A DNA stretch of 64,000 nt from Rhodospirillales bacterium. GTDB lineage: Bacteria; Pseudomonadota; Alphaproteobacteria; TMED109. The stretch is from contig JAPPED010000033.1 of the NCBI GenBank assembly GCA_028824295.1, positions 21,224 through 85,223 on the forward strand, in the 5' to 3' direction. Every line of letters starts with the position of its first letter. Position 1 is the first letter of the stretch. Below the pieces are notes generated by a model. It was not told where the DNA came from. It searched no databases and saw only the letters and a program-made list of their open reading frames with translations. Made by a program: the position numbers and the translations under genes. Positions 8,010 through 17,640 of the stretch are shown here, in pieces.

Positions 8010-8249
8010 ATGAGTTCCCCAATCGTTGCCCAAGAGGAGCCCTTCTGCGTCGAAGTCGAGGCTGGAAAGAACTACGCCTGGTGTGCCTGTGGCAGAAGCG
8101 AGAAGCAGCCCTGGTGTGATGGCTCACACCGGGACACAGAGTTCTCGCCGGTCGTATGGAAGGCAGAGAAATCAGAAACGGTGTTCCTGTGCGGGTGCAA
8201 GTCGACCGGCGACAAGCCGTACTGTGATGGCACCCACAACATGCTTTGA
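8010..8249 (+). CDS. CDGSH iron-sulfur domain protein (two CDGSH motifs)
   Basis: CACGRSEKQPWCDGSH and CGCKSTGDKPYCDGTH. GAGGAGG lies 7 nt upstream of ATG 8010; the track start at 8004 is TTG. Confidence 0.9.
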   Translation: MSSPIVAQEEPFCVEVEAGKNYAWCACGRSEKQPWCDGSHRDTEFSPVVWKAEKSETVFLCGCKSTGDKPYCDGTHNML

Positions 8250-8251
8250 CC

Positions 8252-9052
8252 ATGTGGACGACTGAGCAATCGGCAGCGGTGCTGCTGGAACACCGGCGCA
8301 AGCTTCGACCCCAGCACGAACTCCCATCGGGAGCGGTACCTGCGGACCGGGATGCGGCGTACCGCGTGCAGGATGCACTGATCCAGCTTCACCTTGATGC
8401 GGGCGACGGCCCGGTGGCGGGGTGGAAGGTCGCGCTCACCAATCCGGCCATGCAGGCAATGTTTGGTGTGGACGAGCCGGCCGAAGGCGCCATCTTCGGG
8501 CCCCTCGTGCATGCATCGGGGAAACGACTGGATCCCGGAAAGTACCGTCATCTGGGTGCGGAGGGCGAAATCGTCCTCCGCATGCGCGAGTCGCTCACGC
8601 CGGACCAGGCTCCGTTTACCGCAGAATCGGTGTCCGAGTCCGTCGGCGGGTACATGGCCGGGATCGAGATCGTCGACGATCGGGATGCGGGCGCGGACGC
8701 GACCATCGGGCTCCTCGTGGCCGACAACGCGATGAACTACGGCTGCGCGCTCGGGCGCGAATCGGCGTACACACCGACGATCGATCTCGCGCGTGTTTCC
8801 GGGCGGTTGACGATCGACGGTCAGCCGGCGGGGGAGGGCGTCGGCGAGAACGTGCTGGGTGGTCCGCTGCACGTCCTGGCGTTGCTGGGGAACTCGCTGG
8901 CGAGACGCGGCCGGAGCCTGCGGGCGGGTGACATCGTCATGACGGGAAGCCTGGCGGTGACCGTCTGGCCGCAACCGGGTGAGGCGATTCGGTGGGAGGT
9001 TGATGGACTTGATCCCGTTGAGTTCTCGCTTGCCCCCGACGGGACGACGTAA
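8252..9052 (+). CDS. 2-keto-4-pentenoate hydratase (MhpD)-like, fumarylacetoacetase-fold hydratase/decarboxylase
   Basis: AYRVQDALIQL...GWKVALTNPAMQ...GAEGEIVLRM...IEIVDDR...AGDIVMTGSL. ATG at 8252; an alternative TTG at 8246 overlaps the CDGSH stop. Confidence 0.85.
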   Translation: MWTTEQSAAVLLEHRRKLRPQHELPSGAVPADRDAAYRVQDALIQLHLDAGDGPVAGWKVALTNPAMQAMFGVDEPAEGAIFGPLVHASGKRLDPGKYRHLGAEGEIVLRMRESLTPDQAPFTAESVSESVGGYMAGIEIVDDRDAGADATIGLLVADNAMNYGCALGRESAYTPTIDLARVSGRLTIDGQPAGEGVGENVLGGPLHVLALLGNSLARRGRSLRAGDIVMTGSLAVTVWPQPGEAIRWEVDGLDPVEFSLAPDGTT

Positions 9053-9054
9053 AC

Positions 9055-9879
9055 ATGGGGATGGTGGAAGAGGTCCGGGTCCACCGACTCGTGGAACATC
9101 TCTTGGCTGGTCGCGCCGACGGCACCGCGTTTGACGGGACATGGGACGACAGCCTGACGCCGCAGACGATGGCGGAGGCCTATCGCGTTCAGGATACGAT
9201 TGTCCGGCGCATGCGCCCTCGGGGGACCGAACCCGGCGGCTGGCGGATCGCGCTGACCACGGATGCCCAGCAGAAGCAACACGGCGTCGTGCATCCGGTG
9301 GTCGGGCCTGTCTGGGATCGGGACCTGCACGCTTCCCCGTTCGGATTGCCTGTCGGCGACACGCATAACCCGCTGGCGGGCGCCGAACTTGCACTGCGAA
9401 TCAAGCAGCCAATGTCGGCCGAGGATGGTCCCTGGAGCCGTGAATCGGCGGCCGCGGCCGTCGAAGCGGCGGCGTTGGCCGTCGTGATTTACGACGACCG
9501 CAACATTTCCGGGCTGGCTGCGTACACGATCGGGCTGGGTATCGCGGACCTGGCCGGCTCAGCCCTGGGCATCCTCGGCCCGGAAACTGATGACCTCGGC
9601 GCGCTGGAACTCGATGGCCTCGAACTCCACACCACCTTGGACGGGCGTGACGTGGGCGTGGCCAGCACGTCGACCTATCTCGCTCATCCGTACGAAATCG
9701 TGTCCTGGGTCGCGACTCATCTCAATGTCCGCCGTCGACAACTTGAGCCGGGCGATGTCGTGCTGCTGGGATCCCCGGGTGATCCGTTTCCACTGGGCCC
9801 TGGCGATCGAATCGCGGTCGCCAATGACGCGCTTGGCATTGCGGAACTGGCGCTTGAGGTTCAACCGGGGGCCGCTTGA
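9055..9879 (+). CDS. Second, more divergent MhpD-like hydratase paralog
   Basis: AYRVQDTIVRR...GWRIALTT...ELALRI...VVIYDDR...PGDVVLLGSPG. It starts 3 nt after the previous stop. Confidence 0.8.
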   Translation: MGMVEEVRVHRLVEHLLAGRADGTAFDGTWDDSLTPQTMAEAYRVQDTIVRRMRPRGTEPGGWRIALTTDAQQKQHGVVHPVVGPVWDRDLHASPFGLPVGDTHNPLAGAELALRIKQPMSAEDGPWSRESAAAAVEAAALAVVIYDDRNISGLAAYTIGLGIADLAGSALGILGPETDDLGALELDGLELHTTLDGRDVGVASTSTYLAHPYEIVSWVATHLNVRRRQLEPGDVVLLGSPGDPFPLGPGDRIAVANDALGIAELALEVQPGAA

Positions 9880-9884
9880 CCCGT

Positions 9885-10199
9885 TCAGAGACTGGGGCGG
9901 CGCTCGCAGAGGAATTGGCTGAACCGGTCCCGGCTGTGGAACAGTAACGTGGACGTCTCGACCGGCGTGTAAGGCGATTGCTTGACGTCGGTCCACTGGC
10001 CGTCGTCGCGAAGTCCACGGCAAGCCAGGTCCGCGTCTTCGGGCCGGTGCACCCGCACTTCGTACTGATTGACGCAGTCGCACGCGCAGACCCGAAGCAT
10101 CTCGAAGCCGTCAACGGGGATCTCTTCACCCGCGTGGGCGATCGCGGTCAGACAGCTAAACGCGACCCAGGCAACTGCGTTTCGGAATGCGGTGTGCAT
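9885..10199 (-). CDS. Hypothetical small secreted Cys-rich protein
   Basis: From ATG 10199: MHTAFRNAVAWVAFSCLTAIAHA signal, then ~80 aa with 5 Cys. GC3 is high throughout. I recognise no family. Confidence 0.5.
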   Translation of the reverse strand: MHTAFRNAVAWVAFSCLTAIAHAGEEIPVDGFEMLRVCACDCVNQYEVRVHRPEDADLACRGLRDDGQWTDVKQSPYTPVETSTLLFHSRDRFSQFLCERRPSL

Positions 10200-10412
10200 G
10201 GGCCTATGGTGCACCGAAGCACCACACTTGCCAAGTGCCAGGGGCAGTGATCGAGAGGGGGGCGGCGCTCCGCCTGCAATCTCTCGAGACCGTCAGCGGG
10301 CTGGCGTCCTCTTGGTCGTTTGGCCGTTGGCCGAAGCACCGAGGATCACCTTCGTCGGGTTGACGCGGAGCACGCAAACGTATCGGCCTTGTTCCAATCG
10401 CGCTGCGCACAT

Positions 10413-10447
10413 GAAAAAAGGCCGGACGGGCATCGCCCGTCCGGCCT
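10413..10447 (-). terminator. Rho-independent terminator downstream of the Mo-hydroxylase operon
   Basis: 13-bp GC-rich stem AGGCCGGACGGGC / GCCCGTCCGGCCT with a 3-nt loop. On the minus strand it is followed by TTTTTT. Confidence 0.8.
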
Positions 10448-10506
10448 CGAATAGCTGACTGGAATGCCTGGACGCGGATGGACCGCGCCCAGGTTCCGGT
10501 TCTAGG

Positions 10507-12795
10507 TCAGGCTGCCGTGATGTCCTCCGGACGGATCGGCAGGTTGCGAACCCGCTTGCCGGTCGCGTCGAAGATCGCGTTGGCCAGCGCCGGGGCAAAC
10601 GGCGGGACCATCGGCTCGCCAACACCACTCGGAATGTGATCGTTCTCGATCCGGTGGAGGTGGACGTTGAGCGGAGCGTCGTCGATCCGCGTCACCGGGT
10701 AGTCGTGGAAGTTGCTCTGCTCCACAGCACCCTGGGCATAGCTGATGATGCCCTGGCGTGCGATGGTGTTGCCGTAAACGGCAGCGCCTTCACACTGGGC
10801 CCGGATCCGTTCCGGGTTCGCGCCCAGACCGCAATCCAGCACCGTGTCGACCCGCGTGATGGAGTAGTTTCCATCGTCCGCGACCTGCACGCGCACCGCC
10901 TGGGCGATGTACGACAGGAACGAGCGGTGCACCGCGAGACCAAGACCGTGCCCCTTCGGAAGCGGTTTCCCATATCCGGAGACGTCACGGGCTTTCCGCA
11001 GCACGCCGGCCAGACGGCCGGTGTCGATCGGGTAGTCCTCGATCGGGTCACCGTAGTTCCAGTAATCCTCGACCTTCTCTTTCGTCAGGTCGATGATTGC
11101 CGGCTCACCGATGAGCTCAAGCTGGAACTCGACCGGGTCGCGGCCGATCTCGTGCGCCAACTCGTTCGCGAAGCTGTTGATCGCGAAGGCGTGCTGGATG
11201 TTGTTCACGGAGCGGTACCAGCCGATCCGGGTGTGCAGGTTCGCATCCCCGTTCTCGATCCGAATGTTCTCGATCGAGTTGTAGGGCATGTCGATCAGGC
11301 CAAGACCGTGCTCAATGTTGAACCCGATCTTCTGTTCCGGGACCCACAGACCCAGGATGGACGGGAACGCCACACCGTGCCGCCATCCGGACACCCGGCC
11401 GGCGTCGATGACCGCGCTGACGCTCTGGGCACTCGCGGCGTGGTAGTAGCCGTTCTGGATTTCATCTTCACGGGTCCAGACCAGGCGCACCGGGGCGCCT
11501 ACCTCGCGTGAGAGGTAAGCCGCTTCCACGGCGTAGTCCGCCTTGGACTTCCGACCGAACCCGCCACCGAGCAGGGTGATGTGCACCAGCACATTTTCCT
11601 TCTCGATGCCGAGTACCTCGGCGATCGTGTCCCGAACCGCCATCGGATGCTGGGAGGCTGCCCAGATCTCGACCTTGCCGTCCTGGTAGTTAGCGACCGC
11701 TGCCGGCGGCTCCATTGGCATGTGGATGAAGTACGGCACGAAGTATTCGCGCGTGAACTCCTTCGCCGACGCCTTGTCACGGGCCAGCTCGTAGCTGCCG
11801 CGTTCACGGATCGTGGTACCCGGTTCGGCTGCCGCCTTGCGGAGCGCAGCGTCGTACGACGGGCTGTCGAGGGCACTGTTCTCCGATTCGGACCACTGGA
11901 CGTTGAGCGCCTTGCGGCCTTCCAGGGCAGCCCACGTGTTGTCGGCGATAACGGCGACACCGCCCAGCTGCTTGAACGCGATCGGCAGGTCCGGCATCGG
12001 CAGCTCGATCGTGCCGCGGACGCCCGTGATCGCCATGGCGGCGGAGTCGTCGTAGCTCTCGACCTTGCCGCGGTACACCGGCGAACGCGCGACCACAGCG
12101 GTCTTCATGCCGTCCAGCATCGTGTCCGCACCGAACATGCCCTTGCCGGTGGTCATGTCGACCAGGTCGACGTACGCGTCCGGCGTGAAGGCGGATTCGT
12201 TGGCGATGTACTTCCAGTCGCTGCGGTCCTTGACCTGGACCGTAGCCGGGTCCGGAGCCTCGAGGCCGGCAGCCGTGGCGACGAGCTCGCCGAAGTCGGC
12301 GGAACGGCCGCTTGTAGCGTGGCTCACGCGGTGGTTCTGCGCAACGCACTCTTCAGCTGGCACGCCCCACATTTCGGCGGCAGCCATCTCAAGCATCTTG
12401 CGCGCGCCCGCACCGGCGGCCCGCAGGTGATTGATGTCCCGACGGACCGAACGGGAGCCGTCCGTGTCGAGCTCTTGGCCGAAGTCGTTCCACTTCTGTT
12501 CGGCGTCCGCCTGGACGACCGAGCAGCGAGCCCAGTCGGCTTCCATCTCGTCAGCGATGATCATCGGCAGCGAGGTGCGGACACCCTGACCCATTTCGGA
12601 CCGGGCGCAGGTGATCGTTACGGACCCGTCACCGTCAACCGCAACGAAGAGGTTGGCTTCGAGTTTCCCTTCCGCCGCGTTTGCGGGAAGGCCCAGCAAC
12701 TGATCGGAACCAAGCCGGGCACCCAGAACGAATCCAGTGGTACCGGCGATGCCCTTCAGAACCGTGCGTCGGCTCAGATTAGTAAGCATGGTCAT
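10507..12795 (-). CDS. Molybdopterin-binding subunit of an aldehyde oxidase/isoquinoline oxidoreductase (IorB)-type hydroxylase, Tat-exported
   Basis: Trimmed to ATG 12795. [22 protein letters not shown] is a twin-arginine signal. The 762-aa protein has the xanthine dehydrogenase-family Mo-binding look. Confidence 0.9.
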   Translation of the reverse strand: MTMLTNLSRRTVLKGIAGTTGFVLGARLGSDQLLGLPANAAEGKLEANLFVAVDGDGSVTITCARSEMGQGVRTSLPMIIADEMEADWARCSVVQADAEQKWNDFGQELDTDGSRSVRRDINHLRAAGAGARKMLEMAAAEMWGVPAEECVAQNHRVSHATSGRSADFGELVATAAGLEAPDPATVQVKDRSDWKYIANESAFTPDAYVDLVDMTTGKGMFGADTMLDGMKTAVVARSPVYRGKVESYDDSAAMAITGVRGTIELPMPDLPIAFKQLGGVAVIADNTWAALEGRKALNVQWSESENSALDSPSYDAALRKAAAEPGTTIRERGSYELARDKASAKEFTREYFVPYFIHMPMEPPAAVANYQDGKVEIWAASQHPMAVRDTIAEVLGIEKENVLVHITLLGGGFGRKSKADYAVEAAYLSREVGAPVRLVWTREDEIQNGYYHAASAQSVSAVIDAGRVSGWRHGVAFPSILGLWVPEQKIGFNIEHGLGLIDMPYNSIENIRIENGDANLHTRIGWYRSVNNIQHAFAINSFANELAHEIGRDPVEFQLELIGEPAIIDLTKEKVEDYWNYGDPIEDYPIDTGRLAGVLRKARDVSGYGKPLPKGHGLGLAVHRSFLSYIAQAVRVQVADDGNYSITRVDTVLDCGLGANPERIRAQCEGAAVYGNTIARQGIISYAQGAVEQSNFHDYPVTRIDDAPLNVHLHRIENDHIPSGVGEPMVPPFAPALANAIFDATGKRVRNLPIRPEDITAA

Positions 12796-12797
12796 GG

Positions 12798-13247
12798 TCA
12801 GACCTCCTTCGCGGCCGTTTTCACGGCAGCGAAAATGCGCTGGTACGTGCCGCAGCGGCAGATGTTGCCGCTCATGCCGTCCAGAATCTCCCGATCCGAC
12901 GGATCCGGGTTCTGGGAAAGCAGGGCCGCCGCTTGCATGATCTGTCCAGACTGACAGTAGCCGCACTGGGGAACGTTGTGAGCACGCCAGGCCCGCTGTA
13001 CGGGGTGGTTGCCCTCCGCGTCCAGCCCTTCGATCGTGGTCACTTCCATGCCCTCAGCGGCCGACACAGGCGTGACACACGCCCGCACCGCTTCACCGTC
13101 CACGTGGACGGTGCAAGACCCGCAGAGACCGGTGCCGCACGCGAACTTGCTCCCGGTAAGGCCGAGCACATCTCGGACGTACCACAGCAGGGGCATGTTC
13201 GGGTCGCCGCCGAATTCCTGCGGATTGCCGTTGACAGTCAAATTCAT
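12798..13247 (-). CDS. (2Fe-2S)-binding small subunit (IorA-like)
   Basis: From ATG 13247 with GAGGAGGA upstream. Motifs [11 protein letters not shown] and [10 protein letters not shown]...CRCGTY. Confidence 0.9.
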   Translation of the reverse strand: MNLTVNGNPQEFGGDPNMPLLWYVRDVLGLTGSKFACGTGLCGSCTVHVDGEAVRACVTPVSAAEGMEVTTIEGLDAEGNHPVQRAWRAHNVPQCGYCQSGQIMQAAALLSQNPDPSDREILDGMSGNICRCGTYQRIFAAVKTAAKEV

Positions 13248-13447
13248 GTCAACTTCCTCCTCGTTGTATCCGGACCCGCGGCCGCGAACCCGGAACTGGT
13301 GGTCGGCGTAGCAACCCCTCCAACTGGGAGCCGCCGCTACGTCGACAGCAGCCCCATGGTACTTTGCAAGGCGCGCAAGTCCAAATCGGGGCAATTCGTA
13401 CGGTCGCGGCTCCAAAGTGGCGGGGCCTGAGGTCGCGCCTGGAGGGA

Positions 13448-14293
13448 ATGATGGACAGTCTCGTCTATGCGGACGGAACCTGGCACGAGGGTGATCCGCC
13501 GCTCATCGGCGCCCTCAGCCAGAGCTACATGCACGGCACGGCCGTATTCGACGGCGCGCGGCTGTTCAACGATTGTGTCCCGGATCTCGGCCGCCATTGC
13601 GAGCGTCTTCTTCGGTCAGCCGCGGTGATGGGATTGGACCAGCCCGTCGATGCAGCGACGGTCGAGAGCCTCGCGCGCGAGGGCGCGCGCCGATTCGAGA
13701 CGGGTGCTGAACTCTACATTCGTCCGTCCCTGTATGCGGCCCGCGGATTCCTCACGCCGGAGCCGGGGAGCACCCGTTTCCTGCTGTCACTCATGCGGAT
13801 GGCGATGCCGGCTGCGCACGGGCGATCGATCACCGTGAGCCCGTTTCGTCGCCCCGGACCGGACATGGCCCCGACCGAAGCCAAGGCTTCGTGTCTCTAT
13901 CCCAACGGATCGCGGGCCCTGCAGGACGCCGAGCGGCGGGGCTTCGACAATGCGCTGATGCTGGATGGCGACGGGAATGTGGCGGAGCTTGCGTCGGCCA
14001 ACATCTGGCTGGGTCGCAACGGAGTCGCGATCACGCCGGTTTGGAACCGGACGTTTCTCAACGGAATCACCAAGTTGCGGGTATCTGCTCTCCTGGGCGA
14101 GCTCGGAATCGATGTCGTCGAGCAGACGGTTTCGCTGGACGACGTGATGGGGGCCGACGAGGTGTTCAGCACCGGGAACTGGGGCAAGGTGCTGCCGATT
14201 ACCCGCGTCGACGATCACGAGTTTCCCGTGGGCCCCCTGTATCGTGCGGCCAGAGAGGCGTACTGGGCGTATGCCAAGACGGAGCCGTTGTAG
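13448..14293 (+). CDS. Class IV (branched-chain amino acid / D-amino acid) aminotransferase
   Basis: From ATG 13448 with GGAGGG upstream: [15 protein letters not shown]...[13 protein letters not shown]...YIRPSLY...NIWLGRNG...TP....NGITK. Confidence 0.85.
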   Translation: MMDSLVYADGTWHEGDPPLIGALSQSYMHGTAVFDGARLFNDCVPDLGRHCERLLRSAAVMGLDQPVDAATVESLAREGARRFETGAELYIRPSLYAARGFLTPEPGSTRFLLSLMRMAMPAAHGRSITVSPFRRPGPDMAPTEAKASCLYPNGSRALQDAERRGFDNALMLDGDGNVAELASANIWLGRNGVAITPVWNRTFLNGITKLRVSALLGELGIDVVEQTVSLDDVMGADEVFSTGNWGKVLPITRVDDHEFPVGPLYRAAREAYWAYAKTEPL

Positions 14294-14388
14294 GACGAGA
14301 CACCTCGGCGGTCCTCGCAGTGCCGGCCCCCGGAGGGTCATGGCGTCTCTGGACCGGTGCCGGTTGCTAGGGACAGATCGGTGAACTT

Positions 14389-14408
14389 GCGGGCCGGCGC
14401 CGGCCCGC
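14389..14408. terminator. Perfect 20-nt GC palindrome (hairpin without a U-tract) between the aminotransferase and VOC genes
   Basis: GCGGGCCGGCGCCGGCCCGC. It could be a weak terminator or a protein-binding site. Confidence 0.3.
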
Positions 14409-14438
14409 CAGAATGCCGAGCTTCAAGGGGATGTCGCC

Positions 14439-15203
14439 ATGCAGTTGAGACTTCGGCAGATCTGCCTCGTCGCCGGCAATCTGGATCCCGTCGTGGATGC
14501 GTTGTGCCGGGTCTTTGGGCTCGCGGTCTGCCACGTCGACGACGCCGTTGCCGAATACGGGCTCGTGAACGCCTTGATGCCGGTCGGCAGCCAGTTTCTG
14601 GAAGTAGTGGCGCCGACCCGGCCGGGAACCGCGGCGGGCCGCTACTTGGAGCGGCGCGGCGGGGACGGCGGCTACATGGTTATTACCCAGTGCGACGATT
14701 TGGATCGCCGCCGGAGCCGGGTCGATGAACTCGGCGTCCGTGTCGCCAACCGCCTTTCCTACGGCCAGTTTCAGGGCATGCAGCTTCATCCCAAGGACAC
14801 GGGCGGCACGTTCTTCGAGATCGATCGCCAGGAGGACGGTGATTCTGGGGACGGCGCGTGGCATCCGGCGGGCCCTGATTGGCAACCGTACGTCCGCACG
14901 GGTGTGGTGTCGGCGATCGCAGCGGCAGAGATTCAAAGCCCTGATCCTGACGCCTTGGCGGCGCGCTGGAGTGAGATCGCGCAAATCCCACTGATCCGGG
15001 ACGCGGCGGGGGTGGCGACCCTGCCCCTTGCCAACGCGGATCTTCGCTTTGTCGTCGCGTCCGACGGGCGGGGCGAGGGACTGGCGGGACTGGATCTGGC
15101 CGCCGCGGATTCTGACGCGGCGATCGCCAGCGCACGCAGCCAAGGCTTCCCTCAAGATGGGAACGTGATTCGGGTCGCTGGAATGCAATTTGCACTCGTG
15201 TGA
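14439..15203 (+). CDS. VOC (glyoxalase-like fold) family protein
   Basis: MQLRLRQICLVAGNLDPVVDALCRVFGL...FLEVVAP...GGYMVITQCDDL...MQLHPKDTGGTFFEID. The antisense ORF 14367..15188 was rejected. Confidence 0.75.
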   Translation: MQLRLRQICLVAGNLDPVVDALCRVFGLAVCHVDDAVAEYGLVNALMPVGSQFLEVVAPTRPGTAAGRYLERRGGDGGYMVITQCDDLDRRRSRVDELGVRVANRLSYGQFQGMQLHPKDTGGTFFEIDRQEDGDSGDGAWHPAGPDWQPYVRTGVVSAIAAAEIQSPDPDALAARWSEIAQIPLIRDAAGVATLPLANADLRFVVASDGRGEGLAGLDLAAADSDAAIASARSQGFPQDGNVIRVAGMQFALV

Positions 15204-15296
15204 GGCATTGGCGAAGGTGGCGCGCCACGATGCCCACTGACTGCATTCCTGATGGGTCCCGCTAATTCAGACCAAAGGCTCCGGAGGCTATAGGCA

Positions 15297-16088
15297 ATGT
15301 CTGATCATCTTTTGGAATCACGCGACAACGGCGTGGCATGGCTCACCCTGAACCGCCCGGATCGCCTGAACGCGATGAGCAACGAGATGCTGGATGGTCT
15401 CCTTGCCTCCATGCTTCGATTGGCTGCGGATGAGGAAGTCGGCTGTGTCGTGCTGACCGGAGCGGGACGCGGATTCTGCGCCGGCGGTGACGTCAAGGGC
15501 ATGGCGCAGGGGTCACTTCGGGAAGCCAGCCTCGAGGGCCGGATGCAGGCGCTGCGGCGCAGGATGGAAGTCAGCCGCGTGATCTACGAGATGCCGAAGC
15601 CGGTGGTGGCCATGGTTCGCGGTCCCGCCGCCGGGGCCGGGCTGTCGGTGGCCCTGGCCTGCGACCTCCGAATTGGCGACGAGACCGCGCTGATGACAAC
15701 TGCGTTTGCACAGGTCGGGCTGTCGGGCGACTTCGGTGGATCTTGGTTCTTGTCCCGACTGGTTGGTGCCGGCAAGGCCAAGGAACTCTATCTCACGGCC
15801 GCCCGGCTCACGGCATCCGACGCTCTTGAACTGGGGATCCTCAATCGCGTGGTGGCCAGTGACGCCCTCGAAGCCGAGACCCGGGCGTTGGCGGAGGGGC
15901 TGGCCTCGGGGCCCCGCGTCGCGCTGGGCTACATGAAGCAAAATCTCAACGGCGCCTGGACGGCTTCCCTATCCGAGACGCTGGACATGGAAGCCCGCAA
16001 CCACACACGTTCGGGCTTTACCGAAGATCACCTGGAGGCCTCCAAGGCCTTTGTCGAAAAGCGGAAGCCCGAGTTCAGCGGCCGCTAG
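15297..16088 (+). CDS. Enoyl-CoA hydratase/isomerase (crotonase) family
   Basis: LTLNRPDRLNAM...VVLTGAGRGFCAGGDVKG...MVRGPAAGAGLSVALACDLRI. Confidence 0.9.
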   Translation: MSDHLLESRDNGVAWLTLNRPDRLNAMSNEMLDGLLASMLRLAADEEVGCVVLTGAGRGFCAGGDVKGMAQGSLREASLEGRMQALRRRMEVSRVIYEMPKPVVAMVRGPAAGAGLSVALACDLRIGDETALMTTAFAQVGLSGDFGGSWFLSRLVGAGKAKELYLTAARLTASDALELGILNRVVASDALEAETRALAEGLASGPRVALGYMKQNLNGAWTASLSETLDMEARNHTRSGFTEDHLEASKAFVEKRKPEFSGR

Positions 16089-16148
16089 CGCTCGGCGTGC
16101 GATTGCCGGATCCGGCGCCCCACCGGGGGCGGGACAGCCGCGGCGGAA

Positions 16149-16685
16149 TCAGAGCATCCGCTTGAGCGTGCCGTGCTTGTCGACAAATTGGTGTTTGAGG
16201 GCGGCGCCGGCATGGATGACCACGACCGGCAGGAGTCCGTAGGCGACGGCCGCGTGCACGCCGATGGCCAGATCCCGCAGGGTTTCCGACTGCGGGAAGA
16301 CGGCCGGGATCACGAACAGGTCGAGAAACGGAAAACCGGCGCCGGCCGAGGTCGAGATCACGTAGCCGGAGGCCGGTAGGGCAAAGACGGCGCACAGCAG
16401 CAGGGCGTGGGTGAGGCGTGCCCCGTGCCGTTCCCAGTCGCGGAGTTCGGCCTGGAGCGGCGGGGACGGCGATACGAACTTCCAGACGGCGAACAGGACG
16501 GCCAATCCCAGCGCGGCCATTCCCAGCGAGCGATGCAGCGACAACGCCAAGTTGTACCGGCTGTCGAGGTAGCTCAGGTCCACTATCCAGGCACCCAGCG
16601 CGGTCAGTCCGATGATCCCGGCCGCAAGGAGCCAGTGAAGAAGTTTGCTCGCCAGGCCGTAGCTGCTTTCGGTGTTGTACAGCAC
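16149..16685 (-). CDS. Cytochrome b561 family protein
   Basis: GTG start. KLLHWLLAAGIIGL..., four hydrophobic helices with conserved His. Paired with the yceI-like gene, as is common. Confidence 0.85.
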   Translation of the reverse strand: MLYNTESSYGLASKLLHWLLAAGIIGLTALGAWIVDLSYLDSRYNLALSLHRSLGMAALGLAVLFAVWKFVSPSPPLQAELRDWERHGARLTHALLLCAVFALPASGYVISTSAGAGFPFLDLFVIPAVFPQSETLRDLAIGVHAAVAYGLLPVVVIHAGAALKHQFVDKHGTLKRML

Positions 16686-16706
16686 GACGTGGTGGCGGGC
16701 GCCGCG

Positions 16707-17297
16707 CTACTGCCGGATCGCCTCGAGCATCAGGTGGATTTCGACTTCCTCTGCCGCCGGCCCCAGGTTGTAGTCCATGCCGAAGTCCCGGCGTTTGAGG
16801 ACATAGGTGCCTTCGAAGCCCGCGCGGTAGCCTCCCCAGGGATCACTCCCTTCACCGATCAGGCGGACGGGGAACGAGATGGATTTCGTTACCCCGAGCA
16901 ACGTCAGGTCTCCGGTCAGGGTGCCGCCGTCCGCGTTCCCCTGGAAGCCGGTGCTGACGAAGGTCACCTCGGGGAACTCGTCCACGTTGAAGAAATCCTC
17001 GTTGCGCAGATGCTTGTCTCGTTCCGCATGATTGGTGTCGAGACTGGTCGCGTCGATGGTGACTCGGATGCTCTGCACATCTGGCCCGGATTGCGGATCG
17101 TAGGTCATGCTTCCCTCGAAGCGATTGAAGCGACCGACCAGCCAGCTGAAGCCTAGGTGCTGGGTCCGAAATTGAATGAACGAGTGGCTTGGGTCGACCG
17201 TGTATTCCGCCGCACTCGCTGGAATGCCCGGACCCGTGGAGAGGAGGGCAGCCAGCACGGCGGCAAGGAAGACGGGCGTGGTGGTTCGATACGTCAT
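16707..17297 (-). CDS. YceI family periplasmic (polyisoprenoid-binding) protein
   Basis: From ATG 17297: signal peptide, then AEYTVDPSHSFIQFRTQHLGFSWLVGRFNRFEG...HAERDKHLRNEDFFNVDEFP. Confidence 0.9.
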   Translation of the reverse strand: MTYRTTTPVFLAAVLAALLSTGPGIPASAAEYTVDPSHSFIQFRTQHLGFSWLVGRFNRFEGSMTYDPQSGPDVQSIRVTIDATSLDTNHAERDKHLRNEDFFNVDEFPEVTFVSTGFQGNADGGTLTGDLTLLGVTKSISFPVRLIGEGSDPWGGYRAGFEGTYVLKRRDFGMDYNLGPAAEEVEIHLMLEAIRQ

Positions 17298-17425
17298 GGG
17301 AGGCACGGCGGTTCCGGGAGAAGATGGCGTGAGAGTAGCAAGCAGGCAGGCGGCGGGCACGGCGTCCCGACGCTGCCCCGTTAACCGGCGCAGGTCGGTT
17401 CGGCGAATGGGCAGTGGTATGCTAG

Positions 17426-17638
17426 ATGCCTATGTCTTTTGCTGGACCAGTTGTGCGTCTATTGCTTCGTCGGGCGGCGGCGGACCCGCGTGTTCGGAAG
17501 GCAGCCGCGGAGACTGCTGCCTCGGCAGTTCGCGAGGCGCGCGATATCGTCAACGACCCGTCGCCGGCCCGAAAACTCGGACGCCTTGCCGGCCGCGCGA
17601 AGCGGCGGCTTTCGGAGGCCGTGCGGAGCGACCACTAA
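17426..17638 (+). CDS. Hypothetical 70-aa Ala/Arg-rich protein (weak call)
   Basis: The ORF ends 2 nt before the proposed GTG start of the outer-membrane efflux gene. GC3 is moderate to high. There is no good SD and no recognisable family. Confidence 0.3.
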   Translation: MPMSFAGPVVRLLLRRAAADPRVRKAAAETAASAVREARDIVNDPSPARKLGRLAGRAKRRLSEAVRSDH

Positions 17639-17640
17639 CT

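Noticed and set aside
8072-9394. 440-aa minus-strand ORF over the CDGSH and hydratase genes
   Set aside because: It has Arg/Pro-rich shadow-frame composition, while the plus strand carries three family-assignable, tightly coupled genes.
11581-12954. 457-aa plus-strand ORF (and 10636..11511), antisense to the IorB-like gene
   Set aside because: These are Arg/Val/Gly-rich shadow frames with no recognisable domain. The opposite strand encodes a full-length Mo-hydroxylase with a Tat signal.
17176-17640. N-terminal 155 aa of the 611-aa track ORF, as part of the CzcC-like protein
   Set aside because: This part is antisense to the yceI-like gene and runs through an intergenic region. A lipoprotein-type signal (…LALAAC) appears only after GTG 17641.
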